From Camelus dromedarius (Eukaryota): a stretch of DNA of 64,000 bases. The notes under the pieces are model-generated. The model was not told where the DNA came from and made no database searches. It saw only the letters and a list, made by a program, of their open reading frames with translations. A program made the translations under genes and the position numbers. Of this stretch, positions 52,334 through 64,000 are shown in pieces. The stretch lies in assembly GCF_036321535.1 (NCBI RefSeq), contig NC_087436.1:3348001-3412000 (forward strand), written 5' to 3'. Position 1 is the first letter of the stretch. Each line of letters opens with the position of its first letter.

Positions 52334-55300
52334 GGAAAGGGTTGTCGGAGAAACTTTTACTCTGGTTTCTCAATCTGTTTCCTAGTGCCGGTTTGAAGTT
52401 CCTGCAGTTATCACTGTAAAACCGAGATGGAGCTAGTACCTCACCATATATGTATGGAGTGGAGTTTGCAACTGAAAAGAAACTTTGTGTTCAAAACAAG
52501 CTAGGTGAAATATGGCTTTCACACACACTTATCTCTCAGAAATTAGCATGTGGAGAGACGTTCGTTCATCTAGCCCAAAGGGAACGATTTGAAGGGGAAA
52601 CTTTTACTCTGGATTCACAGTCTGTTTCCTAGTTCCGGTTTGAAGTTCCTGCAGTTTTCACTGTAAAACAGAGTTGGAGCTAGTACCTCCCCATATATAT
52701 GTATGGAGTGGAGTTTGCAACTGAAAAGAAACTTTGTGTTCCCAACAAGCTAGGTGAAAGACGGCTTTCATACTCACTTATCTCTCAGAACTGAGCATGT
52801 GTAGAGACGTTCGTACATCTAGCACAAATGAAACGGTTTGCAGGGGAAACTTTTACTCTGGTTTCTCAGTATGTTTCCTACTGCCGGTTTGTTGTTCCTG
52901 CAGTTTTCACTGTAAAACCGAGTTGGAGCTAGTAAATCCCCATATATATGTATGGAATGGAGTTTGCAACTGAAAAGAAACTTTGTGTTCCCAACAAGAT
53001 TGTTGAAGGACGGCTTTCACACACACTTATCTCTCAGAACCGAGCATGTGGAGAGACGTTCGTTCATCTAGCACAAAGGGAATGGGTTGCAGGAGAAACT
53101 TTTACTCTGGTTTCTCAGTCTGTTTCCTAGTGACGATTTGAAGTTCCTGCAGTTTTCACTGTAAAACCGAGTTGGAGCTAGAACCTCTCCATATATATGT
53201 ATGGAGTGGAGTTTGAAACTGAAAAGAAACTTTGTGTTCCCAACAAGCTAGGTGAAGGACGGCTTTCACACACACTTATCTCTCAGAACTGAGCATGTGG
53301 AGAGACGTTCGTTCATCTAGCACAAAGGGAAAAGTTTGCAGGAGAAAATTTTACTCTGGTTTCTCAATCTTTTTCCTAGTGCCGGTTTGAAGTTCCTGCA
53401 GTTATCACTGTAAAACCGAGATGGAGCTAGTACCTCACCATATATGTATGGAGTGGAGTTTGCAACTGAAAAGAAACTTTGTGTTCCCAACAAGCTAGGT
53501 GAAATATGGCTTTCACACACACTTATCTCTCAGAACTGAGCATGTGGAAAGACGTTCGTTCATCTAGCACAAAGGGAACGGTTTGAAGGGGAAACTTTTA
53601 CTCTGGTTTCACAGTCTGTTTCCTAGTGCCGGTTTGAAGTTCCTGCAGTTTTCACTGTAAAACCGAGTTGGAGCTAGTACTTCCCCATATATATATATGG
53701 AGTGGGGTTTGAAACTGAAAAGAAACTTTGTGTTCCCAACAATCTAGGTGAAGGCGGCTTTCACACACACTTATCACTCAGAACTGAGCATGTGGAGAGA
53801 CGTTCTTTCATCTAGCACAAAGGGAACCGGTTGCAGGAGAAACATTTACTTTGATTTCTCAGACTGTTTCCTAGTGCCGGTTTGAAGTACCTGCAGTTTT
53901 CTCAGTAAAACCGAGTTGGAGCTAGTACCTCCCCATATAAACGTATGTAATGGAGTTTGCAACTGAAAAAAAACTTTGTGTTCCCAACAAGCTAGATGAA
54001 GGACGGCTTTCACACACACTTATCTCTCAGAAATGAGCATCTAGAGGGACGTTCTTTCATCTAGCACAAAGGGAACGGGTTGCAGGAGAAACTTTTACTC
54101 TGGTTTCTCAGTCTGTTTCCTAGTGCCGGTTTGAAGTTCCTACAGTTTTCACTGTAAAACCGAGTTGGAGCTAGTACGTCCCCATATATATGTATGGAGT
54201 GGAGTTTGCAACTGAAAAGAAACTTTGTGTTCCCAACATGCTAGTTGAAGGGCGGCTTTCACACACACATTTCTCTCAGAACAGAGCATGTGGAGAGACG
54301 TTCGTTCATCTAGCACAAATGGAACGGGTTGCTTTAGAAACTTTTACTCTGGTTTCTCCGTCTGTTTCCTTGTGCCGGTTTGAAGTTCCTGCAGTTTTCA
54401 CAGCAATACCGAGTTGGAGCTAGTACCTCCCCATATATATGTATGGAGTGGGGTTTGCAACTGAAAAGAATCTTTGTTTTCCCAACAAGCTATGTGAAGG
54501 ACGGCTTTCTAACACACTTATCTCTCAGAACTGAGCATGTGGAGAGACGTTCGTTCATCTAGCACAAAGGGTATGGGTTGCCGGAGAAACTTTTTCTCAG
54601 GTTTCTCAATCTGTTTCCTAGTGCCGGTTTGAAGTTCCTGCAGTTATCACTGTAAAACCGAGATGGAGCTAGTACCTCCCCATATATATATATGGAGTGG
54701 AGTTTGCAACTGAAAAGAAACTTTGTGTTCCCAACAACCTTGGTGAAAGATGGCTTTCACACACATTTATCTCTCAGAAATGAGCATGTGGAGAGAAGTT
54801 CGTTCATCTAGCACAAAGGGAACGGGTTGCAGGGGAAACTTTTACTCTGGTTTCTCAGTATGTTTCCTACTGCCGGTTTGTTGTTCCTGCAGTTTTCACT
54901 GTAAAACCGAGTTGGAGCTAGTAAATCCCCATATATATGTATGGAATGGAGTTTGCAACTGAAAACAAACTTTGTGTTCCCAACAAGATTGGTGAAGGAC
55001 GGCTTTCACACACACTTATCTCTCAGAACCGAGCATGTGGAGAGACGTTCGTTCATCTAGCACATAGGGAATGGGTTGCAGGAGAAACTTTTACTCTGGT
55101 TTCTCAGTCTGTTTCCTAGTGACGATTTGAAGTTCCTGCAGTTTTCACTGTAAAACCGAGTTGGAGCTAGAACCTCTCCATATATATGTATGGAGTGGAG
55201 TTTGAAACTGAAAAGAAACTTTGTGTTCCCAACAAGCTAGGTGAAGGACGGCTTTCACACACACTTATCTCTCAGAACTGAGCATGTGGAGAGACGTTCG

Positions 55301-58300
55301 TTCATCTAGCACAAAGGGAAAAGTTTGCCGGAGAAAATTTTACTCTGGTTTCTCAATCTTTTTCCTAGTGCCGGTTTGAAGTTCCTGCAGTTATCACTGT
55401 AAAACCGAGATGGAGCTAGTACCTCACCATATATGTATGGAGTGGAGTTTGCAACTGAAAAGAAACTTTGTGTTCCCAACAAGCTAGGTGAAATATGGCT
55501 TTCACACACACTTATCTCTCAGAACTGAGCATGTGGAGAGACGTTCGTTCATCTAGCACAAAGGGAACGGTTTGAAGGGGAAACTTTTACTCTGGTTTCA
55601 CAGTCTGTTTCCTAGTGCCTGTTTGAAGTTCCTGCAGTTTACACTGTAAAACCGAGTTGGAGCTAGTACTTCCCCATATATATATATGGAGTGGGGTTTG
55701 AAACTGAAAAGAAACATTGTGTTCCCAACAATCTAGGTGAAGGCGGCTTTCACACACACTTATCACTCAGAACTGAGGATGTGGAGAGACGTTCTTTCAT
55801 CTAGCACAAAGGGAACGGGTTGCAGGAGAAACTATTACTTTGATTTCTCAGACTGTTTCCTAGTGCCGGTTTGAAGTTCCTGCAGTTTTCTCAGTAAAAC
55901 CGAGTTGGAGCTAGTACCTCCCCATATAAACGTATGTAGTGGAGTTTGCAACTGAAAAAAAACTTTGTGTTCCCAACAAGCTAGATGAAGGACGGCTTTC
56001 ACACACACTTATCTCTCAGAAATGAGCATCTAGAGGGACGTTCTTTCATCTAGAACAAAGGGAACGGGTTGCAGGAGAAAGTTTTACTCTGGTTTCTCAG
56101 TCTGTTTCCTAGTGCCGGGTTGAAGTTCCTGCAGTTTTCACTGTAACACCGAGTTGGAGCTAGTACCCCCCCATATATATGTATGGGGTGGAGTTGGCAA
56201 CTGAAAAGTAAGTTTGTGTTCCCAACAAGCTAGGTGAAGGACGGCTTTCACACACATTTATCTCTCAGAACTTAGCATGTGGAGAGACGTTCGTTCATGT
56301 AGCAAAAATGGAACGGGTTGTAGGAGAAACTTTTACTCTGGTTTCTCAGTCTGTTTCCTAGTGCCGATTTGAAGTTCCTGCAGTTTTCACTGTAAAACCG
56401 TGTTGGAGCTTGTAACTCCCCATATATATGTATGGAGTGGGGTTTGCAACTGAAAAAAACTTTGTGTTTCCAACAAGCTAGGTGAAGGACGGCGTTCACA
56501 CACAATTATCTCTCAGAACTGAGCATGTGGAGAGACGTTCGTTCATCTAGCAGAAAGGGAACGGGTTGCAGGAGAAACATTTTCTCTGGTTTCTCAGTCT
56601 GTTTCCTAGTGCCGGTTTGAAGTTCCTGCAGTTTTCACTGTAAAACAGAGTTGGAGCTAGTACCTCCCCATACATATGTATGGAGTGGATTCTGCAACTG
56701 AAAAGAAACTTTGTGTTCCCAACAAGCTAGGTGAAGGACGGCTTAAACACACACTTATCTCTCAGAACTGAGCATGTGGAGTGACGTTCGTTCATCTAGC
56801 ACAAAGGGAACGGTTTGCTTTAGAAACTTTTACTCTGGTTTCTCAGTCTGTTTCCTAGTGCCGGTTTGAAGTTCCTGCAGTTTTCACAGCAATACCGAGT
56901 TGGAGCTTGTACCTCCCCATATATATGTATGGAGTGGGGTTTGCTACTGAAAAGAATCTTTGTTTTCCCAACAAGCTATTTGAAGGACGGCTTTCTCACA
57001 CACTTATCTCTCAGAACTGAGCATGTGGAGAGACTTTCGTTCATCTAGCACAAAGGGAACGGGTTGCAGGAGAAACTTTTACTCTGGTTTCTCAGTCTGT
57101 TTCCTTGTGCCGATTTGAAGTTCCTGCAGTTTTCACTGTAAAACCGAGTTGGAGCTTGTAACTCCCCATATATATGTATGGTGTGGGGTTTGCAGCTGAA
57201 AAAAATCTTTGTGTTTCCAACAAGCTAGGTGAAGGACGGCGTTCACACACAATTATCTCTCAGAACTGAGCATGTGGAGAGACGTTCGTTCATCTAGCAC
57301 AAAGGGTACGGGTTGCAGGAGAAACTTTTACACTGGTTTCTCAGTCTGTTTCCTAGTCCCGGTTTGAATTTCCTGCAGTTTTCACTGTAAAACCGAGTTG
57401 GAGTTTGTACCTCACCATACATATGTATGGAGTGGATTTTGCAACTGAAAAGAAACTTTGTGTTCCCAACAAGATAGGAGAAGGACGGCTTTAACACAAA
57501 CTTATCTCTCAGAACTGAGCATGTGGAGAGACGTTCGTTCATATAGCACAAAGGGAACGGGTTGAGGAGAAACTTTTACTCTGGTTTCTCAGTCTGTTTC
57601 CTAGTGTCGGTTTGAAGTTCCTATAGTTTTCACTGTAAAACCGAGTTGGAGATAGTACGTCCCCATATATATGTATGGAGTGGAGTTTGCAACTGAAAAG
57701 AAACTTTGTGTTCCCAACAAGCTAGTTGAAGGACGGCTTTCACACACACATTTCTCTCAGAACAGAGCATGTGGAGAGACGTTCGTTCATCTAGCACAAA
57801 GGGAACGGGTTGCTTTAGAAACTTTTACTCTGGTTTCTCAGTCTGTTTCCTAGTGCCGGTTTGAAGTTCCTGCAGTTTTCACTGTAACACCGAGTTGGAG
57901 CTAGTACCCCCCCATATATATGTATGGGGTGGAGTTGGCAACTGAAAAGAAAGTTTGTGTTCCCAACAAGCTAGGTGAAGGACGGCTTTCACACACATTT
58001 ATCTCTCAGAACTGAGCATGTGGAGAGACGTTCGTTCATCTAGCAAAAATGGAACAGGTTGTAGGAGAAACTTTTACTCTGGTTTCTCAGTCTGTTTCCT
58101 AGTGCCGATTTGAAGTTCCTGCAGATTTCACTGTAAAACCGTGTTGGAGCTTGTAACTCCAAATATATATGTATGGAGTGGGGTTTGCAACTGAAAAAAA
58201 ACTTTGTGTTTCCAACAAGTTAGTTGAAGAACGGCGTTCACACACAATTATCTCTCAGAACTGAGCATGTGGAGAGACGTTCGTTCATCTAGCACAAAGG

Positions 58301-61300
58301 GTACGGGTTGCAGGAGAAACTTTTACTCTGGTTTCTCAGTCTGTTTCCTAGTGCCGGTTTGAAGTTCCTGCAGTTTTCACTGTAAAACCGAGTTGGAGTT
58401 TGTACCTCACCATACATATGTATGGAGTGGATTTTGGAACTGAAAAGAAACTTTGTGTTCCCAACAACATAGGAGAAGGACGGCTTTAACACAAACTTAT
58501 CTCTCAGAAATGAGCATCAAGAGGGACGTTCTTTCATCTAGAACAAAGGGAACGGGTTGCTTTAGAAGCTTTTACTCTGGTTACTCAGTCTGTTTCCTAG
58601 TGCTGGGGTGAAGTTCCTGCAGTTTTCACAGCAATACCGAGTTGGAGCTTGTAACTCCCCATATATATGTATGGATTGGGTTTGCAACTGAAAAGAATCT
58701 TTGTGTTCCCAACAAGCTATTTGAAGGACGGCTTTCACACACACTTATCTCTCAGAAATGAGCATGTGGAGAGACGTTCGTTCATCTATCACAAATGGAA
58801 TGCGTTGCATGTGAAACTTTTACTCTGGTTTCTCAGTCTGTTTCCTAGAGCCGGTTTGAAGTTCCTGCAGTTTTCACTGTAAAACCGAGTTGGAGCTAGA
58901 ACCTCTCCATATATATATATGGAGTGGAGTTTGAAACTGAAAAGAAACTTTGTGTTCCCAACAAGCTAGTTGAAGGACGGCTTTCACACACACTTATCTC
59001 TCAGAACTGAGCATGTGGAGAGACGTTCGTTCATCTAGCACAAAGGGAAAAGTTTGCCGGAGAAAATTTTACTCTGGTTTCTCAATCTTTTTCCTAGTGC
59101 CGGTTTGAAGTTCCTGCAGTTATCACTGTAAAACCGAGATGGAGCTAGTACCTCACCATATATGTATGGAGTGGAGTTTGCAACTGAAAAGAAACTTTGT
59201 GTTCCCAACAAGCTAGGTGAAATATGGCTTTCACACACACTTATCTCTCAGAACTGAGCATGTGGAGAGACGTTCGTTCATCTAGCACAAAGGGAACGGT
59301 TTGAATGGGAAACTTTTACTCTGGTTTCACAGTCTGTTTCCTAGTGCCTGTTTGAAGTTCCTGCAGTTTACACTGTAAAACCGGGTTGGAGCTAGTAATT
59401 CCCCATATATATATATGGAGTGGGGTTTGAAACTGAAAAGAAACATTGTGTTCCCAACAATCTAGGTGAAGGCGGCTTTCACACACACTTATCACTCAGA
59501 ACTGAGGATGTGGAGAGACGTTCTTTCATCTAGCACAAAGGGAACGGGTTGCAGGAGAAACTTTACTTTGATTTCTCAGACTGTTTCCTACTGCCGGTTT
59601 GAAGTTCCTGCAGTTTTCTCAGTAAAACCGAGTTGGAGCTAGTACCTCCCCATATATATGTATGGAGTGGAGTTTGCAACTGAAAAGAAACTTTGTGTTC
59701 CCAACAAGCTAGTTGAAGGACGGCTTTCACACATACATTTCTCTCAAAACATAGCATGTGGAGAGACGTTCGTTTATCTAGCACAAAGGGAACGGGTTGC
59801 TTTAGAAACTTTTACCCTGGTTTCTCAGTATGTTTCCTTGTGCCGGTTTGAAGTTCCTGCAGTTTTCAAAGCAATACCGATTTGGAGCTTGTACCTCCCC
59901 TTATATATGTTTGGAGTCGGGTTTGCAACTGAAAAGAATCTTTGTTTTCCCAACAAGCTATGTGAAGGACGGCTTTCTCACACACTTATCTCTCAGAACT
60001 GAGCATGTGGAGAGACTTTCGTTCATCTAGCACAAAGGGAACGGGTTGCAGTAGAAAGTTTTACTCTGGTTTCTCAGTCTGTTTCCTAGTGTCGGGTTGA
60101 AGTTCCTGCAGTTTTCACTGTAACACCGAGTTGGAGCTAGTACCACCCCATATATAAGTATGGGGTGGAGTTGGCTACTGAAAAGAAAGTTTGTGTTCCC
60201 AACAAGCTAGGTGAAGGACGGCTTTCACACACATTTATCTCTCAGAACTGAGCATGTGGAGAGGCGTTCGTTCATTTAGCAAAAATGGAACGGGTTGTAG
60301 GAGAAACTTTTATTCTGGTTTCTCAGTCTGTTTCCTAGTGCCGATTTGAAGTTCCTGCAGTTCACTGTAAAACCGTGTTGGAGCTTGTAACTCCCCATAT
60401 ATATGTATGGAGTGGGGTTTGCAACTGAAAAAAACTTTGTGTTTCCAACAAGCTAGGTGAAGGACGGCGTTCACACACAATTACCTCTCAGAACTGAGCA
60501 TGTGGAGAGACGTTCGTTCATCTAGCAGAAAGGGAACGGGTTGCAGGAGAAACATTTTCTCTGGTTTCTCAGTCTGTTTCCTAGTGCCGGTTTGAAGTTC
60601 CGGCAGTTTTCACTGTAAAACAGAGTTGGAGCTAGTACCTCCCCATACATATGTATGGAGTGGATTCTGCAACTGAAAAGAAACTTTGTGTTCCCAACAA
60701 GCTAGGTGAAGGACGGATTAAACACACACTTATCTCTCAGAACTGAGCATGTGGAGTGACGTTCGTTCATCTAGCACAAAGGGAACGGTTTGCTTTAGAA
60801 ACTTTTACTCTGGTTTCTCAGTCTGTTTCCTACTGCCGGTTTGAAGTTCCTGCAGTTTTCACAGCAATACCGAGTTGGAGCTTGTACCTCCCCATATATA
60901 TGTATGGAGTGGGGTTTGCTACTGAAAAGAATCTTTGTTTTCCCAACAAGCTATTTGAAGGACGGCTTTCTCACACACTTATCTCTCAGAATTGAGCATG
61001 TGGAGAGACTTTCGTTCATCTAGCACAAAGGGAACGGGTTGCAGGAGAAACTTTTACTCTGGTTCCTCAGTCTGTTTCCTAGTGCCGATTTGAAGTTCCT
61101 GCAGTTTTCACTGTAAAACCGAGTTGGAGCTTGTAACTCCCCATATATATGTATGGTGTGGGGTTTGCAACTGAAAAAAAACTTTGTGTTTCCAACATGC
61201 TAGGTGAAGGACGGCGTTCACACACAATTATCTCTCAGAACTGAGCATGTGGAGAGACGTTCGTTCATCTAGCACAAAGGGTACGGGTTGCAGGAGAAAC

Positions 61301-64000
61301 TTTTACTTTGATTTCTCAGACTGTTTCCTAGTGCCGGTTTGAAGTTCCTGCAGTTTTCTCAGTAAAACCGAGTTGGAGCTAGTACCTCCCCATATAAACG
61401 TATGTAGTGGAGTTTGCAACTGAAAAAAAACTTTGTGTTCCCAACAAGCTAGATGAAGGACGGCTTTCACACACACTTATCTCTCAGAAATGAGCATCTA
61501 GAGGGACGTTCTTTCATCTAGAACAAAGGGAACGGGTTGCAGGAGAAACTTTTACTCTGGTTTCTCAGTCTGTTTCCTAGTGCCGGTTTGAAGTTCCTAC
61601 CGTTTTCACTGTAAAACCGAGTTGGAGCTAGTACGTCCCCATATATATGTATGGAGAGGAGTTTGCAACTGAAAAGAAACTTTGTGTTCCCAACAAGTTA
61701 TGTGAAGGACGGCTTTCTCACACACTTATCTCTCAGAACTGAGCATGTGGAGAGACTATCGTTCATCTAGCACAAAGGGAACGGGTTGCAGGAGAAAGTT
61801 TTACTCTGGTTTCTCAGTCTGTTTCCTAGTGCCGGGTTGAAGTTCCTGCAGTTTTCACTGTAACACCGAGTTGGAGCTAGTACCCCCCCATATATATGTA
61901 TGGGTGGAGTTGGCAACTGAAAAGAAAGTTTGTGTTCCCAACAAGCTAGGTGAAGGACGGCTTTCACACACATTTATCTCTCAGAACTGAGCATGTGGAG
62001 AGACGTTCGTTCATCTAGCAAAAATGGAACGGGTTGTAGGAGAAACTTTTACTCTGGTTTCTCAGTCTGTTTCCTAGTGCCGATTTGAAGTTCCTGCAGT
62101 TTTCACTGTAAAACCGTGTTGGAGCTTGTAACTCCCCATATATATGTATGGAGTGGGGTTTGCAACTGAAAAAAACTTTGTGTTTCCAACAAGCTAGGTG
62201 AAGGACGGCGTTCACACACAATTATCTCTCAGAACTGAGCATGTGGAGAGACGTTCGTTCATCTAGCAGAAAGGGAACGGGTTGCAGGAGAAACATTTAC
62301 TCTGGTTTCTCAGTCTGTTTCCTAGTGCCGGTTTGAAGTTCCTGCAGTTTTCACTGTAAAACAGAGTTGGAGCTAGTACCTCCCCATACATATGTATGGA
62401 GTGGATTCTGCAACTGAAAAGAAACTTTGTGTTCCCAACAAGCTAGGTGAAGGACAGCTTAAACACACACTTATCTCTCAGAACTGAGCATGTGGAGTGA
62501 CGTTCGTTCATCTAGCACAAAGGGAACGGTTTGCTTTAGAAACTTTTACTCTGGTTTCTCAGTCTGTTTCCTAGTGCCGGTTTGAAGTTCCTGCAGTTTT
62601 CACAGCAATACCGAGTTGGAGCTTGTACCTCCCCATATATATGTATGGAGTGGGGTTTGCTACTGAAAAGAATCTTTGTTTTCCCAACAAGCAATTTGAA
62701 GGACGGCTTTCTCACACACTTATCTCTCAGAACTGAGCATGTGGAGAGACTTTCGTTCATCTAGCACAAAGGGAACGGGTTGCAGGAGAAACTTTTACTC
62801 TGGTTTCTCAGTCTGTTTCCTAGTGCCGGTTTGAAGTTCCTGCAGTTTTCACTGTAAAACCGAGTTGGAGTTTGTACCTCACCATACATATGTATGGAGT
62901 GGATTTTGCAACTGAAAAGAAACTTTGTGTTCCCAACAAGATAGGAGAAGGACGGCTTTAACACAAACTTATCTCTCAGAACTGAGCATGTGGAGAGACG
63001 TTAGTTCATCTAGCACAAAGGGAACGGGTTGCTTTAGAAACTTTTACTCTGGTTACTCAGTCTGTTTCCTAGTGCTGGGGTGAAGTTCCTGCAGTTTTCA
63101 CAGCAATACCGAGTTGGAGTTTGTAACTCCCCATATATATGTATGGATTGGGTTTGCAACTGAAAAGAATCTTTGTGTTCCCAACAAGCTATTTGAAGGA
63201 CGGCTTTCACACACACTTATCTCTCAGAAATGAGCATGTGGAGAGACGTTCGTTCATCTATCACAAATGGAATGGGTTGCATGTGAAACTTTTACTCTGG
63301 TTTCTCAGTCTGTTTCCTAGAGCCGGTTTGAAGTTCCTGCAGTTTTCACTGTAAAACCGAGTTGGAAATAGTACCTCCCCATATATATGTATGGAGTGGA
63401 GTTAGAAACTGAAAAGAAACTATGTGTTCCCAACAAGCTATATGAAGGACGGCTTTCACACACACTTATCTCTCAGAACTTAGCATGTGGAGAGACGTTC
63501 GTTCATATAGCACAAAGGGAACGGGTTGCAGGAGAAACTTTTACTCTGGTTTCTCAGTCTGTTTCCTAGTGCCGGTTTGAAGTTCCTACAGTTTTCACTG
63601 TAAAACCGAGTTGGAGCTAGTACCCCCCCATATATATGTATGGGGTGGAGTTGGCAACTGAAAAGAAAGTTTGTGTTCCCAACAAGCTAGGTGAAGGACG
63701 GCTTTCACACACATTTATCACTCAGAACTGACCATGTGGAGAGACGTTCGTTCATTTAGCAAAAATGGAACGGGTTGTAGGAGAAAATTTTACTCTGGTT
63801 TCTCAGTCTGTTTCCTAGTGCCGATTTGAAGTTCCTGCAGTTTTCACTGTAAAACCGAGTTGGAGCTTGTAACTCCCCATATATATGTATGGAGTGGGGT
63901 TTGCAACTGAAAAAAAACTTTGTGTTTCCAAAAAGCTAGGTGAAGGACGGCGTTCACACACAATTATCTCTCAGAACTGAGCATGTGGAGAGACGTTCGT

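Larger units (their letters stand above)
1..64000. repeat. Tandem satellite DNA array, ~249 bp monomer, ~257 copies, head-to-tail, running off both window ends
   Basis: Consensus read from the sequence: TTTGAAGTTCCTGCAGTTTTCACTGTAAAACCGAGTTGGAGCTAGTACCTCCCCATATATATGTATGGAGTGGAGTTTGCAACTGAAAAGAAACTTTGTGTTCCCAACAAGCTAGGTGAAGGACGGCTTTCACACACACTTATCTCTCAGAACTGAGCATGTGGAGAGACGTTCGTTCATCTAGCACAAAGGGAACGGGTTGCAGGAGAAACTTTTACTCTGGTTTCTCAGTCTGTTTCCTAGTGCCGG. TTTGAA recurs at 2401 and 2650 (period 249). Offsets between repeated ORFs in the track (498, 2237, 2487, 3234, 3730, 8954) are all near-multiples of ~248.7. No unique sequence was seen. Confidence 0.99.
29000..64000 (+). repeat. Right sub-domain with its own diagnostic variant set
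   Basis: TTGCTTTAGAAAC (first ~32946), GTGACGATTTG (first ~30007), TATGGAATGGAG (first ~29828), GAAATATGGC and CTCACCATAT (first ~29570-29640), GGCTTAAAC and GATTCTGC are frequent here and were not seen left of ~29 kb. Confidence 0.8.

Noticed and set aside
841..63569. About 95 short ORFs (60-114 aa) on both strands, e.g. MYGVEFATEKKLCVPNKLGEGRLSHTLISQN...
   Set aside because: All are translations of the same monomer in different frames. They open only where a point variant removes a stop (e.g. AACTGAG>AACAGAG), and they resemble no protein family I recognise.
1..64000. CRISPR array or other repeat-spacer system
   Set aside because: There are no unique spacers. The whole 249 bp unit is repeated, and there are no cas-like ORFs.
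1..64000. Transposon insertion, inversion or telomeric repeat within the array
   Set aside because: Reading through, every segment stays in monomer phase on the same strand. No non-satellite sequence or TTAGGG-type tract was seen.
1..64000. Assignment to a named satellite family or species
   Set aside because: It does not match alpha satellite (171 bp), mouse major or minor satellite (234/120 bp) or plant CEN178/CentO as I know them. I cannot support any name without a database search.

Overview
The whole 64 kb window is one uninterrupted, head-to-tail satellite DNA array of a ~249 bp monomer (about 257 copies, all in the same orientation, ~45% GC by hand count of the consensus). I see no genes, RNA genes, CRISPR array, transposon insertion or inversion; every ORF in the track is a translation of the monomer. 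The array is most likely eukaryotic heterochromatic or (peri)centromeric DNA; I cannot assign a species or a named family. What is interesting is its organisation. (i) The monomer carries several dyad symmetries, including a ~97 bp imperfect inverted repeat and a CCATA-N6-TATGG palindrome that separate variant lineages make perfect. (ii) There is no single fixed higher-order repeat (HOR). Multi-monomer cassettes recur at variable spacings, alongside recent duplications with offsets of 1, 2, 9, 10, 15 and 36 monomers, including a 2-mer nested inside a 15-mer. (iii) At least three domains have their own diagnostic variants (~1-21.5 kb, ~21.5-28.4 kb, ~29-64 kb). All coordinates and difference counts were read by eye and are approximate.
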